Counted from the stretch's first letter, positions 11,092 through 21,258 are shown. The stretch: 64,000 nt of DNA from an uncultured virus (IMG/VR IMGVR_UViG_3300033553_000790) (IMGVR_UViG_3300033553_000790); one strand, 5' to 3'. The notes: a model not told the origin generated them from the sequence alone. Translations and numbers: made by a program.

Positions 11092-11117
11092 TGTTATAAT
11101 AGTCACTATGACCATAT
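11092..11117. promoter_or_regulatory. extended -10 promoter (TGTTATAAT) abutting a candidate NrtR operator
   Basis: TATAAT 11095-11100 followed by imperfect palindrome ATAGTCACTATGACCAT with GT-N7-AC core (11102-11112). Confidence 0.6.
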
Positions 11118-11137
11118 CGGAGGAAAGGAAGAGGAAA

Positions 11138-12403
11138 ATGGAAACTACTGCCCTATTAACTGATAAATATGAATACACCATGCTCGAAGCTGCTCTTGCC
11201 GATGGCACCGCCCACAAAATGAGTGTTTTCGAAGCTTTCACACGTAGATTACCAAAAGGTCGTGAATACGGAGTGGTAGCTGGAATTGAGCGGGTACTAG
11301 AAGCTGTTGAGAACTTCCGATTTGATGAAGATACCTTAACTTACCTATCGAATGAAGGCCTGGCCGCTAAGACAATAGATTATTTAAGGGACTTTAAGTT
11401 CTCCGGTCAAATTAACGCTTACCCGGAAGGTGAGCTTTACTTTCCTAACAGCCCGCTTATTCAAGTTATAGCTCCTTTCGGGGAGGCCGTCCTCCTAGAG
11501 ACAGTTATCCTATCTATCTTAAACTATGACTGCTCTGTTGCTTCAGCGGCAAGCCGCATGGTATGTGTTAACGATAAATTTGTTTTAACAGAAATAGGCG
11601 GACGAAGAGCACACGAAAATGCGGCAACCGCAGCGGCCCGCGCTTCTTACATAGCTGGTTTCTCAGCGACATCTAACCTTGAAGCTGGAAAGAAATATGG
11701 CATCCCAACTATAGGGACAGCGGCACACGCATTTATTTTAGCTTACGCAACAGAGAAAGAAGCATTTGCGGCTCAAATAAAAGCTTTCGGAACGAACACC
11801 ACCCTCCTGGTAGATACTTATGATATCCGCCAAGGAATTCTTAACGCCATTGAAGTAGCGGGCCCCGAATTAAACGCAATCAGAATAGACAGTGGCGATC
11901 TGAAAGAAGAGACAATCAGGGCCAGAGCCCTACTAGACAGCCTCGGTGCGTTCAACACAAAGATAGCTCTTTCAGGAGACATGGACGAAACAGAAATAGC
12001 TAAACTAGGTGACGCGCCCGCTGACATCATAGGTGTCGGTACGCGAGTAGTAACAGGCTCAGGCCATCCAACCGCTTCCATGGTTTACAAGCTAGTAGAA
12101 ATTCAAGATTCCCCTGGGGAGTGGAGAAAAGTTGAGAAGAAGTCATGTAACAAAAATAGCTCCGGTGGGCTTAAAACAGTCACTCGAACCGTTACGTTAG
12201 GTAACAACGAGGTTCTAACCACTAACAGCGACCTGGATAGAAACACAATACTTAACTACACTGCGCCTACCAGCACACAGGACAGCTACAACCCCCTAAA
12301 GACTGTGCTATCGAATGACTCTAGGATAAATGAAACAAGAATAGATGAGATGAGAGAGCTTCATGCTAGGATCATCAAGTTATACAAAAAAGGAGTGAAA
12401 TAA
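11138..12403 (+). CDS. pncB: nicotinate phosphoribosyltransferase
   Basis: LLTDKYEYTM, GTAAHAF, LLVDTYD, IRIDSGDL, GVGT, MVYKLV; ATG 11138 follows GAGG. Confidence 0.95.
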   Translation: METTALLTDKYEYTMLEAALADGTAHKMSVFEAFTRRLPKGREYGVVAGIERVLEAVENFRFDEDTLTYLSNEGLAAKTIDYLRDFKFSGQINAYPEGELYFPNSPLIQVIAPFGEAVLLETVILSILNYDCSVASAASRMVCVNDKFVLTEIGGRRAHENAATAAARASYIAGFSATSNLEAGKKYGIPTIGTAAHAFILAYATEKEAFAAQIKAFGTNTTLLVDTYDIRQGILNAIEVAGPELNAIRIDSGDLKEETIRARALLDSLGAFNTKIALSGDMDETEIAKLGDAPADIIGVGTRVVTGSGHPTASMVYKLVEIQDSPGEWRKVEKKSCNKNSSGGLKTVTRTVTLGNNEVLTTNSDLDRNTILNYTAPTSTQDSYNPLKTVLSNDSRINETRIDEMRELHARIIKLYKKGVK

Positions 12404-12404
12404 A

Positions 12405-13016
12405 ATGAGACAAATCAACGGCACCGCACTAGTAATAGTTGACATACAGAACGACTTCTGCGAAGGGGGATCTCTCGCAATAGAGGGCGGAAACAGGGTA
12501 GCGGAAAGAGTTGCTGATTTCATTCGCAAAAACAGAACCGATTATCACCTAATTGTAAGTACTCAGGATTGGCATATAGATCCGGGTGAGCACTTTGAAA
12601 CATGGCCCGTACACTGTGAAGCAGACACTTCTGGGGCGGCAATTAAAAACGAAGTGATCGCCGCTCTGAAAGATACAGAAAATTCAGATGTACCTTACAT
12701 TCCTTTCTACAAAGGTCAGTACGACGATGGGTACTCCGGATTTGAAGGTAAAACACAACACAAGGGGAAACTAGATGACACGCTCAAGCGCTACGGCATC
12801 AAGAACCTTCACGTGGTTGGATTAGCAACCGACTTCTGCGTTAAAGCAACAGCAGTTGACGCTAACAAAGCCGGATACAACACGCTGGTCATAAGTGATT
12901 TAGTAGCTGGAGTTTCTAAAGATTCTGAAAGCATTGTCAAATCAGCAGGAATAAATTTGATTTCCGCCCAAGAAGCTGCTAGACTTATACCAAGTGAACT
13001 TTTAGTAGCAGAGTAG
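12405..13016 (+). CDS. pncA: nicotinamidase
   Basis: VDIQNDFCEGGSL, TQDWH, WPVHC, YSGFEG, GLATDFCV. Confidence 0.95.
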   Translation: MRQINGTALVIVDIQNDFCEGGSLAIEGGNRVAERVADFIRKNRTDYHLIVSTQDWHIDPGEHFETWPVHCEADTSGAAIKNEVIAALKDTENSDVPYIPFYKGQYDDGYSGFEGKTQHKGKLDDTLKRYGIKNLHVVGLATDFCVKATAVDANKAGYNTLVISDLVAGVSKDSESIVKSAGINLISAQEAARLIPSELLVAE

Positions 13017-13031
13017 AACAGGACAAAAGGT

Positions 13032-13775
13032 ATGGAAAGATTATACGACTCTCATGGTTACCCGGTAAATACGGTAGCTGTTGACGCAGTTCTTTTTGCT
13101 ATTGTTAACAGCAGCCTGTGTGTCTTAGTTGACCAGCGTGAACAAAAAGACGGGGAGGGGCTGTTCTCTATTCCTGGCAGGTTCTTAAAAATTGATTTCA
13201 CCCCAGAAGAGAGCATAGATGCCGAACTCATGGATATAGGAGTTAAAGATCGAATATCTTATTTCGAGCAGCTAGGGGTAGCTGGAAGCCCAAATAGAGA
13301 TCCCAGGAAAAGAATTGTATCTATAAACTATTTCGGCATTGTTCCTTTCAATAAAGACCGCACCTCTCAACCTAAAACGCAAACAGCAAAAGGGGTGTTC
13401 ACATGGGTAGAGGTAGATTCCCTGACAGAAGCCGAAATGTTTGCTGATCATTTTTCTATAATAACTAACGCTCGTGAACGCTTAGCTAACAAAATGGAAT
13501 ACTCCCTCATAGGAATAAACTTCTTAGACAGCGATTGCTTCACAGCTAATGACATCTACCAAGTATATTCTGTTGTTTGGGGAGAGAAGCTAGACCTCCC
13601 TAACTTCAGAAGAAAACTACTTAATAACGAGAATGTTCAGACGCTCGAAGGTAGAAAGTCGCTCAGTAAAATCCATAAGATAGCTAGAACATCTCAAGCT
13701 TATAGTATTAAAGGGGATGTAAGTAGCCTATCTGTAAAACCTGTTCTTCATCCGCCCATTCTAAGGAAAACTTAA
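13032..13775 (+). CDS. nrtR: NrtR-family Nudix-wHTH regulator of NAD metabolism
   Basis: degenerate Nudix box, EQL...RDPR, DH, LDLPNFRRKLL wHTH; follows pncA. Confidence 0.85.
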   Translation: MERLYDSHGYPVNTVAVDAVLFAIVNSSLCVLVDQREQKDGEGLFSIPGRFLKIDFTPEESIDAELMDIGVKDRISYFEQLGVAGSPNRDPRKRIVSINYFGIVPFNKDRTSQPKTQTAKGVFTWVEVDSLTEAEMFADHFSIITNARERLANKMEYSLIGINFLDSDCFTANDIYQVYSVVWGEKLDLPNFRRKLLNNENVQTLEGRKSLSKIHKIARTSQAYSIKGDVSSLSVKPVLHPPILRKT

Positions 13776-13778
13776 AGG

Positions 13779-14477
13779 TTACTTAAATCCCTTAGCTTGT
13801 TTCATAAAATTACTTATACGAGGCTTAATAAGGCGTGAAGCGAACATCATAGCGTGAACACCCTGCCATAAGGGAAGGTCCTCATCTGCGGATATCTGTA
13901 AGTCCTTTTTAGCTCTGCTGAAATAGTAATCAAGGGTTTCAGTTAACCGCTCAGCTGTAACAAGTCTGAACGTAGATCTCTTCCAATTATCGTCATAAGG
14001 TACAAAAACTTCACTTTGAGCTATAGCCACAACACCTGTAACCGAAACACCTTCAGGAACTGCGTCACGCCACATTTTCATTTGAGGTTTAATAGTGACC
14101 TGTTTACCTTCAGGGAAAGAAACTGTGTTTCTGAGAATATTCCCCTTATCGTTAATAGAGTACTTCCTTTTTGACATCCACCTTTTAGAGTCAACAAGAA
14201 CTATTCTTTGCCCCATAACAATAACATGGTCAGTGTCAGCGTCGCCTAAGTTAGGACACCTAGTAGAGTGAAAAACCAGAACGTTAGGGTGTTCAAGAGC
14301 CCATTTGTTGATTATCTTACCAACCATCCGCTCGCCTTCAATACCGATACCAATGTCCACAGTATGGTCGCCTTTGATACCCCAGGTGAGACCCGCTCCG
14401 GGCACGCCAAAAATTTGGCGTCCCGAATCGAGCATATCATCCATGTGTGATATAGCATCTTCCGGATACGAGTTCAT
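13779..14477 (-). CDS. NERD-domain nuclease-like protein
   Basis: GIEGE, DTDHVIV...LVDSK. Confidence 0.7.
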   Translation of the reverse strand: MNSYPEDAISHMDDMLDSGRQIFGVPGAGLTWGIKGDHTVDIGIGIEGERMVGKIINKWALEHPNVLVFHSTRCPNLGDADTDHVIVMGQRIVLVDSKRWMSKRKYSINDKGNILRNTVSFPEGKQVTIKPQMKMWRDAVPEGVSVTGVVAIAQSEVFVPYDDNWKRSTFRLVTAERLTETLDYYFSRAKKDLQISADEDLPLWQGVHAMMFASRLIKPRISNFMKQAKGFK

Positions 14478-14576
14478 TGTATTGCCTTTCTTGTACTCTT
14501 AAGGTTACAATTAAATCTATCGGAAAGATGTGCTTACTCTAGTGAGTAATGGCTTAATCTGTTGAGTAGTAGAAGA

Positions 14577-14786
14577 CTATCTCATGTAAGGAACTTCGAT
14601 AAAGTCCCTTAGATTATGAATAACCGAAACTTCTGACTGACGGTAGTGCTGTAACCAGCTCGCTGAGAGTTTAGGGCTGTCATCATTTACGCAAGCGTAA
14701 AGACTGGCCTCTCCTTTTCCGGCTGTTTGTAAAACGAGCTCTGATCCGCATACTGAACATAGTAATTCTTCTGTTTTAGTTGGCAT
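14577..14786 (-). CDS. small zinc-ribbon-like protein
   Basis: CSVCG...YAC; GGAAGG upstream. Confidence 0.5.
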   Translation of the reverse strand: MPTKTEELLCSVCGSELVLQTAGKGEASLYACVNDDSPKLSASWLQHYRQSEVSVIHNLRDFIEVPYMR

Positions 14787-15055
14787 ACTGCTAACCTTCC
14801 TTTATATTTTATTTGGTAGTTGTTATTTACACAGTGCGCCATTGAGCTGATTATATAAGTATCGGCCAATAGACAATTCTTTCTAGAATCTTCTAAAAAT
14901 ATGAGAAAAACCTCCAACAGTTTCGATACGTTCCGATAGAATATATTGTAAGTGAAACCTCCGGAGTAAGAACGAGGCACCTAAACCAAGGTCGCTCAAG
15001 GCTTATTATAATGGAGGTTTTTTACACCCCCTGATCAAAATGTAAGGAAGATGAT

Positions 15056-15451
15056 ATGACAGCAATTGACGAAAAAACAGAGATAACAGAAACAACAGAA
15101 ACAACAGAACCAGTAGATACAGTAAAAGTAGAAGAAGAAGATAGCCTGGTCGATGAGAGCCAGGAAGAAGACACCTTCCCCTATAACGAAGTTATTGTTT
15201 ACACTAAGCCCGGCTGCCAGCCTTGTAAAATGACTAAGCGCTCAATGGATACACTGGGAATTAGATTCAACGCTATTGACATTGCGGAACACCCAGCAGC
15301 TGCGGAATCGCTAATTGCTGACGGTTTCATGACAATGCCAGTTGTTAAACTACTCGACGGTACTACCTGGTCGGGTTATAAACCAGAACTGATTAAAGCC
15401 TTAGCTGAAAAAGCTACAGCCGCAGAAGAAGACGTTCAGAACAAAGAATGA
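15056..15451 (+). CDS. nrdH: NrdH-like redoxin with acidic N-terminal extension
   Basis: [17 protein letters not shown]. Confidence 0.9.
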   Translation: MTAIDEKTEITETTETTEPVDTVKVEEEDSLVDESQEEDTFPYNEVIVYTKPGCQPCKMTKRSMDTLGIRFNAIDIAEHPAAAESLIADGFMTMPVVKLLDGTTWSGYKPELIKALAEKATAAEEDVQNKE

Positions 15452-15846
15452 TAGTATATTTTTCGAACATCTCAAATAACACTCACAGATTTGTCCAAAA
15501 ACTCGGGCTATCTGCTATTCGCATACCCATTGATGTCGAAGAGGCAAGCAGGATGGTAGTTAAGCAGCCTTACGTGCTCATCACGCCAACGTATGGTGAG
15601 ACAATGAATCATGTTCCCCAGCAAGTAAAAAAGTTCCTTAAAAGCGAAACTAACAGTTCTTTGATGAGAGGCATTATAGGTTCAGGTAACACAAACTTTG
15701 GTGATAAATACTGCGCGGCTGCTAAAATAATCTCTGCGAAGTTCCAAGTGCCCATGCTTTATAATTTTGAGCTACTAGGAACCCCTGAAGATGTAGCAGC
15801 TGTTCAAAAAGGTTTGAAAGATTTTTATTCAATCAATAATATTTAA
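15448..15846 (+). CDS. nrdI: class Ib RNR flavodoxin NrdI
   Basis: [30 protein letters not shown]. Confidence 0.95.
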   Translation: MIVYFSNISNNTHRFVQKLGLSAIRIPIDVEEASRMVVKQPYVLITPTYGETMNHVPQQVKKFLKSETNSSLMRGIIGSGNTNFGDKYCAAAKIISAKFQVPMLYNFELLGTPEDVAAVQKGLKDFYSINNI

Positions 15847-16038
15847 TGATAATTATACACTAGAACGGATCTTAAGGCGGAACTGGAATGGCAGAGAAAG
15901 GAAGATGCACGCATGAGTATAGGTTTTTTAGTATAAACTTACAACAAGTCCTTATGTGCGTAAAATGCGGGCGAAAATTATAAATACTTTACCGATTATG
16001 TTATTATAGTAGGATAATAACAAGAAAGGTTTAAGCGC

Positions 16039-16761
16039 ATGCGAAATAAATTTGAGAGAATAGTTCAAAAGACTGAATTACCAGCCTGGTTGAACGAAGC
16101 GCTTGCTGAAGAGATACTCCTAAGCGAAAAAGAAAAAACAATCCCGGATATTGTTATAAAGCAGAAAAAAGGAAGATTCTACACATCTTTATCTACAGAT
16201 AGTTACGACACAATAGAAGAAGCATATAATTCTTTAACGCGTAAACAACAAGAAGAGCAACTGGTCTTCGATCAGAGAAGCCTGAAAAAACACGGAGAGC
16301 TTCTCCTCAGGAACGACAACACGTCAATAGTTGTTAAAAACAATTGTAGATTACTGATGGGGAAAACTAGCCATAATACTGTAACCATAGAATTGTTAAA
16401 ATATGCTTATGCCGAATGGATGAACAAAATAAACCCTAAATACCAGAAGAACCCTAAGGACTGGTTTGTAGCTTACGAATGGCTAAACAACCACCCTGCT
16501 TTCTGGGTACGTGAATACAGTAAGCAGGGGCAATCCAACTGGGAAACAGAGGTGGGAATAGATAAAACATACTCATTCGTATATAAAAAAGGAAGAAAGA
16601 AGTTCATATGTATAGAAACGGGGAGTCATGTCGCGCCGGATTATAAAACACGGTACCTCGACATAGACTTAACAGTACAGGAAAAGACTTTTGAGAAAGC
16701 GTATGTTGAACTGGCCGGAAGAATTAACAAACAATACCAAATTGATGGATCTGATGGATAG
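16039..16761 (+). CDS. hypothetical protein
   Basis: 240 aa ORF with RBS. Confidence 0.6.
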   Translation: MRNKFERIVQKTELPAWLNEALAEEILLSEKEKTIPDIVIKQKKGRFYTSLSTDSYDTIEEAYNSLTRKQQEEQLVFDQRSLKKHGELLLRNDNTSIVVKNNCRLLMGKTSHNTVTIELLKYAYAEWMNKINPKYQKNPKDWFVAYEWLNNHPAFWVREYSKQGQSNWETEVGIDKTYSFVYKKGRKKFICIETGSHVAPDYKTRYLDIDLTVQEKTFEKAYVELAGRINKQYQIDGSDG

Positions 16762-17065
16762 GCCATTAACGGGCAGAGAGCACTCTATCAAATTCTATGC
16801 GCATCGCACAAATATGTATAGCGAAGTTTTCCTATACTGTACGAAGTGCGGAGCTCATCTTGATCCGGAGAACGAACCTGTAGAGAACTGCCACGCACCA
16901 ACTAACAAAACGCACGTGTTTAAAGTATTTCTTAACGGGTCGGGCGCTTTTGGGAAGCCAGTCATAGGATGCGAATGCGGAGATAGTAAAAATGATGATA
17001 TGCATTTACCGAACGGTAACTTGTTCACACTCAAAAAACCCGAAGAAGCGCTCACTAGCCAATAA
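16745..17065 (+). CDS. Cys/His-rich hypothetical protein
   Basis: CTKCG and CECG motifs; start uncertain. Confidence 0.5.
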   Translation: MDLMDRPLTGREHSIKFYAHRTNMYSEVFLYCTKCGAHLDPENEPVENCHAPTNKTHVFKVFLNGSGAFGKPVIGCECGDSKNDDMHLPNGNLFTLKKPEEALTSQ

Positions 17066-17088
17066 ACCTATTTACTCTATTAGTAAGA

Positions 17089-18096
17089 TTATTTATTCTG
17101 GTTTAAAACCTTAGCGAAATCATCCTCAAAGGTGAATTCTTTCCTCCACTGTCTCCAGCCTTTGAAATTCCCTGACCAACCAGCGTTCGAAGCTGACATC
17201 GGCTCAGCTATATGCTCCAACGGCGACATATGGCCACTATTCACAAGTCTCTCAAAAAGAACAATATCTGCTTTATGATCACGTATGCCAGCGTGAGTCT
17301 CATATGAAACCCGCGCGCATCTTCCTGCAGAAACTTTCTTCCATATTTCCGGGTAGTTCTTGGCATGTTTAATTTCGTCTTCCCTTACGAAAGGTAAGTG
17401 CCATTCGCCTTCTTTCAAACTATTAGGAGAAGAATCCAGGTATGCTTTATGAGCTAGATGAGCTATTTTATGTATTTCCGGTTGAGCTTCATCATTATCA
17501 CGCAGAGCCCAGAAGTTACTCCACTCCGTTGATGTGACAACCACAGTGTGCCACGTGAACGGCTCCAGAAGCCTGTTAGCTAGCTGCTTATGGACGTTAA
17601 GGTAAGGGTGCTCTGACCCGGTAGACGAGGCCTCTTTAACTGTATCCTCATATAGCTTCACCGCTTCAAGGACTTTTTTAACAACTTTTGGATCTCGTAA
17701 CCCATCCGCTTCTTTGATAACCTTAGCAGTTTCTGCTCTACCTAGAAGTAGAGGTAAAGCGCTATAAACAGCATTATCCCTTCCTGATAACCATACATCC
17801 CTAGCTTCATCATACTTGGAACCCTTGAGGTTCTCAGAAGCTTGCATCCCAGGTTTGTTAGAACCGAATTCATCAGGGATGAACGGGGATTCTAAAACTT
17901 TTTTCAGCTGTTTAACAACAGGTATTGCCCTGGAGGAAGCGCTGTTTCTGGAGAAAACCCGATGAGTGTTAAATTCAGGTAAAATAAAACGGGGGAAAGT
18001 TAACTCCAACGTAGTTAAACGCTCACCCCGACCAGGGCAGCCGTTAACTGAATCAAGTATGACAGTTGCGGAAAAATCATTTTGGGGCATATTCAT
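17089..18096 (-). CDS. thyX: flavin-dependent thymidylate synthase (phage ThyX-like)
   Basis: EFNTHRVFSRNSASSRAIP, HKQLANRLLEP, AQPEI, CARVSY, HMSPLEH. Confidence 0.85.
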   Translation of the reverse strand: MNMPQNDFSATVILDSVNGCPGRGERLTTLELTFPRFILPEFNTHRVFSRNSASSRAIPVVKQLKKVLESPFIPDEFGSNKPGMQASENLKGSKYDEARDVWLSGRDNAVYSALPLLLGRAETAKVIKEADGLRDPKVVKKVLEAVKLYEDTVKEASSTGSEHPYLNVHKQLANRLLEPFTWHTVVVTSTEWSNFWALRDNDEAQPEIHKIAHLAHKAYLDSSPNSLKEGEWHLPFVREDEIKHAKNYPEIWKKVSAGRCARVSYETHAGIRDHKADIVLFERLVNSGHMSPLEHIAEPMSASNAGWSGNFKGWRQWRKEFTFEDDFAKVLNQNK

Positions 18097-18147
18097 AGTC
18101 CTATCTTATTTTCGGGTATGAAAGGAATATCGCCCAAAATAGGTGCC

Positions 18148-18366
18148 CTAAAAGGGTTTCTCGCACCAAACTTGCTGTACATAATCTTTCTGAATAGAAT
18201 CAGGAGCTGGTATTAAAGTAACTGTTGTCTGATAGTCATCTGGAAACTTCTCTTTTAGTTTCCCTATAACAATCTCTTCAGCAGCATGCTTATCATCGTT
18301 AACTACATACCACCTGTTCGAACTATCCGACCAAACTGTTTCACGGTTTCTTTTCATAATTAGCAC
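18148..18366 (-). CDS. hypothetical protein
   Basis: short ORF with RBS and upstream CGTTAG motif. Confidence 0.45.
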   Translation of the reverse strand: MLIMKRNRETVWSDSSNRWYVVNDDKHAAEEIVIGKLKEKFPDDYQTTVTLIPAPDSIQKDYVQQVWCEKPF

Positions 18367-18465
18367 CTTACCTTATAGCTTCTTTATCCTACATGAGAAT
18401 TATATCATGACTCTTCTGTTCTAACGTTAGGTAATAAAAAGAATTCCAGCATCCAGGAGGATAAA

Positions 18466-18849
18466 ATGTCAGGACCAAGTACTTACGGGCATGGTGAAAT
18501 TTTCATACATGACACACCAGAGTCAAGAAAAGCATTCTTAGACATGGGCTTCAAGGTTAGGGTATCAGATGACGATACTTTAGCTGATTATATCCTATCA
18601 GCAGGTGAGATAGAAGTTGGTAGGGCCCACGAAGGAGTTAACCTTTGTGGCTATAACGGAGACCATTACGGATATAAGAACGGTGTTAACTTAGAGGGGC
18701 TTTTGTTAGCTTTGAAAGAATGGGCTGACGACGGGTACATTGAGTTGTTAGATCAGAATATGAAACTTTGGAAGCTAGAGATAAAGAGCCATAAGTTCTA
18801 TATTTATGAAGGTAAAGCTACTTACACCAACAAAAAGGAAATAATCTAG
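18466..18849 (+). CDS. hypothetical protein
   Basis: strong RBS AGGAGG. Confidence 0.6.
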   Translation: MSGPSTYGHGEIFIHDTPESRKAFLDMGFKVRVSDDDTLADYILSAGEIEVGRAHEGVNLCGYNGDHYGYKNGVNLEGLLLALKEWADDGYIELLDQNMKLWKLEIKSHKFYIYEGKATYTNKKEII

Positions 18850-18919
18850 CTGCTTTTCTTTTCTACGGGAATTAAGTCATCTCTGTTTCTAACCTAACTA
18901 CTGATGCGCTCTAACCTTT

Positions 18920-19924
18920 TTACCATTCTACTTTGGTTAAGAAATCATAACCATCTTCAATTGGTATGAAAGCGTGAACGGCTTTAAGGTCATCATCTTT
19001 GAATGATTCTATACCGGCTAGCATACCGGCTAGACTACCCGCTAAAGAAGCGGTTTTGGCTGCTGTACCGCCGTGTTTTATAGCTTCGAAGTAAACTTTA
19101 TCCAAAAATGTATCCTCAGATATTTCCTCAGAGGCTAGCTGAGGTAGGCAACTAAATACAGCTGCCGCTGCCATCTGAAAAGTAGATACAGTCCATCCGA
19201 AAGGAGATAAGAACTCTTCGACGCCGCCACTCTTCTTAACGGGCTCTATTATATCTAAAGCTTGTTGCTTGAGATTTTCAGGCACGAATCTTAGCGCATC
19301 ATCCAGCGTTACATTAGCTTGGACGCTATAGGCCGAATGCATAAGACCAATCCACATCACACACGTTAAGGTAGTATCATCCCCACTATGGGTGAGTTTC
19401 ACATACTTATCCACAACATCCCAAACCTCTTCAGGGTCGCTGAAATCTATGTAAGGGAAAATTGCTGCCGAGCGGAGCAGAGCATCGTCGTCAGAGTCGC
19501 GCGGGTAAGCCTCTGAGTAGGCGTCAGAGGCCCTGAAAGCAGATTCTGATGGCGATATACCTTTATCTAGTTTAATCTCCAGAGCATCGAAAAGAACTTG
19601 CTTAGTGTTACGGCCAGCTTCTATATGATCCCATGTGCGCCATTGCATAAACCATGAAGCAACAGTATCAATATCGCCTTCACCAAAAAGAGTCATCAGT
19701 GACATTTCACTTGCAGTGGCGCACTCCCCGGAAGGCCTAACCTCTGTTCCGTCATCAGAGAAGGAGCCTTTCATCTCAGGAGCATCGCCATCAGGTAACT
19801 TATCATGATGCTCATAAGCTAAACCTAAAGCCTCACCAACTATTATGCCAGCGATACTGCCTCTGACTTTACGATCAAAACCTAACTCAACAAGGAATTC
19901 GCCAGCATACATTTTATATATCAC
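18920..19924 (-). CDS. ADP-ribosylglycohydrolase-fold protein, degenerate metal-binding motifs
   Basis: GSIAGIIVGEALG, ALLRSAAI, LTH, AGSLAG align to ARH/DraG; TDD and DTDT motifs are replaced. Confidence 0.75.
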   Translation of the reverse strand: MIYKMYAGEFLVELGFDRKVRGSIAGIIVGEALGLAYEHHDKLPDGDAPEMKGSFSDDGTEVRPSGECATASEMSLMTLFGEGDIDTVASWFMQWRTWDHIEAGRNTKQVLFDALEIKLDKGISPSESAFRASDAYSEAYPRDSDDDALLRSAAIFPYIDFSDPEEVWDVVDKYVKLTHSGDDTTLTCVMWIGLMHSAYSVQANVTLDDALRFVPENLKQQALDIIEPVKKSGGVEEFLSPFGWTVSTFQMAAAAVFSCLPQLASEEISEDTFLDKVYFEAIKHGGTAAKTASLAGSLAGMLAGIESFKDDDLKAVHAFIPIEDGYDFLTKVEW

Positions 19925-19979
19925 TTATCTCTCTTATAGTAGTCTAAGTAATATCGGGTATATTAGAGGCTGGGCCAGC

Positions 19980-20546
19980 TTAGAAAGAGAATCCGTCTTT
20001 ACTTAAGCTTTCTTTGATAATTTCGAACATTTTAACAGATTCTGCGCTGTTTTTAGATAGCTTAGATAAATTATCTAAACCGTCAAACCATTTTCCCGAA
20101 TATTCGTCACGCCATTTCATTTTAGCTCCGTTAGGTTTAACAAAAATGTCATATACTTTCGAAACGTATGTCATGTGAAGGTCGCCTGCTGAGAAGCTTC
20201 GTTCACCGAAACTCCAACCAGTGTCAAACCAGAATATCAATTTAGTGTTCTCTGGGCTGCCTGCAGCATCTTCTTTGTATTGAGCTAAAATATCTACAGA
20301 GTTTATCCTGGAGCCATGGTGTAGCTCTTCCCACACAAAGTCTTTACCGTTGTTGTGGTATACCCTGACAATAGCTTTAAGGCCCTGATCTGGGACGTTA
20401 CCAGTATAGAGAGATCTTGGGTCTGTCTCTACGCGAACCTTATCAGCTTCTTTTCCTAGGAAAGCATAATTCAGTTCATTCAAAACTTTTTTAGGGTCCG
20501 CATAATAGTCTGTTGCGACGAGAGTTGTTAATGTCATTTTATTCAT
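19980..20546 (-). CDS. hypothetical protein
   Basis: 188 aa ORF. Confidence 0.55.
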   Translation of the reverse strand: MNKMTLTTLVATDYYADPKKVLNELNYAFLGKEADKVRVETDPRSLYTGNVPDQGLKAIVRVYHNNGKDFVWEELHHGSRINSVDILAQYKEDAAGSPENTKLIFWFDTGWSFGERSFSAGDLHMTYVSKVYDIFVKPNGAKMKWRDEYSGKWFDGLDNLSKLSKNSAESVKMFEIIKESLSKDGFSF

Positions 20547-20614
20547 CCTCTAATATTTTATAGTAAGCTCCGTTAGCTAATGCTCTAACGGAAACCACAT
20601 TAGGGGTTGAGAAA

Positions 20615-20815
20615 ATGGCATATCATTCATGCGTTGAGAACGCAGGCGACCCAAGTAACTGTGCTGCCTGCGAAGAGGAATATTATCTTGAGCTTTATAA
20701 AAGAACATATGAAGAAGAAGAGCTCAATAGATCAGGTTTAGAAGAACCCTATACGGAAAGCCATTCCATAGAGCTTGAGAAAAAGAATGACGAAGAAGAG
20801 GATATCCCTTTCTAA
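20615..20815 (+). CDS. small acidic hypothetical protein
   Basis: Cys cluster; acidic tail ending EDIPF. Confidence 0.5.
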   Translation: MAYHSCVENAGDPSNCAACEEEYYLELYKRTYEEEELNRSGLEEPYTESHSIELEKKNDEEEDIPF

Positions 20816-20834
20816 AGAAAAATAGGAGAACAAA

Positions 20835-21026
20835 ATGGTACCAGAGAAAACATATGATGATTTGTTCGGAGCGGCTACAACAGTTGAACAACTAATGAAA
20901 CTCTATGGGAATTGCACAACCCCTAGTAACTTAGAGGAAGAGGGGGAACTTTCAACTAATCAGGTTCAACGTAAATACGAGATGATAACTAGAGCAAAAG
21001 ACCGAGCTCTAGCTAACTTAAAATAA
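20835..21026 (+). CDS. small hypothetical protein, paralog of 21064-21258
   Basis: shared YD.IF...NL.E.GE.S..Q...KY..IT.AK.RALA pattern; RBS AGGAG. Confidence 0.65.
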   Translation: MVPEKTYDDLFGAATTVEQLMKLYGNCTTPSNLEEEGELSTNQVQRKYEMITRAKDRALANLK

Positions 21027-21063
21027 ACCCTCTCGAAACATAAAATAAATAACAGGAGATAAA

Positions 21064-21258
21064 ATGAAATCAATAGAAAACGCTTATGACCGCATATTCA
21101 AAAATTGTAAAACGCAACAAGAAGTAGAAGATATGTACGAAATGTGGACAAGTCCAGAAAACCTCTACGAGGATGGGGAGATAAGCAATGCGCAAGCTAA
21201 CATTAAATACAAGCAAATCACTCAAGCTAAGAATCGTGCGCTAGCTAAAACAAAATAA
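21064..21258 (+). CDS. small hypothetical protein, paralog of 20835-21026
   Basis: same shared pattern; RBS AGGAG. Confidence 0.65.
   Translation: MKSIENAYDRIFKNCKTQQEVEDMYEMWTSPENLYEDGEISNAQANIKYKQITQAKNRALAKTK

Noticed and set aside
15846..15962. Short ORF MIIIH-TAG and weak hairpin after nrdI
   Set aside because: Readthrough adds only three codons, the context differs from ACC-TAG-GT, and pairing is weak.
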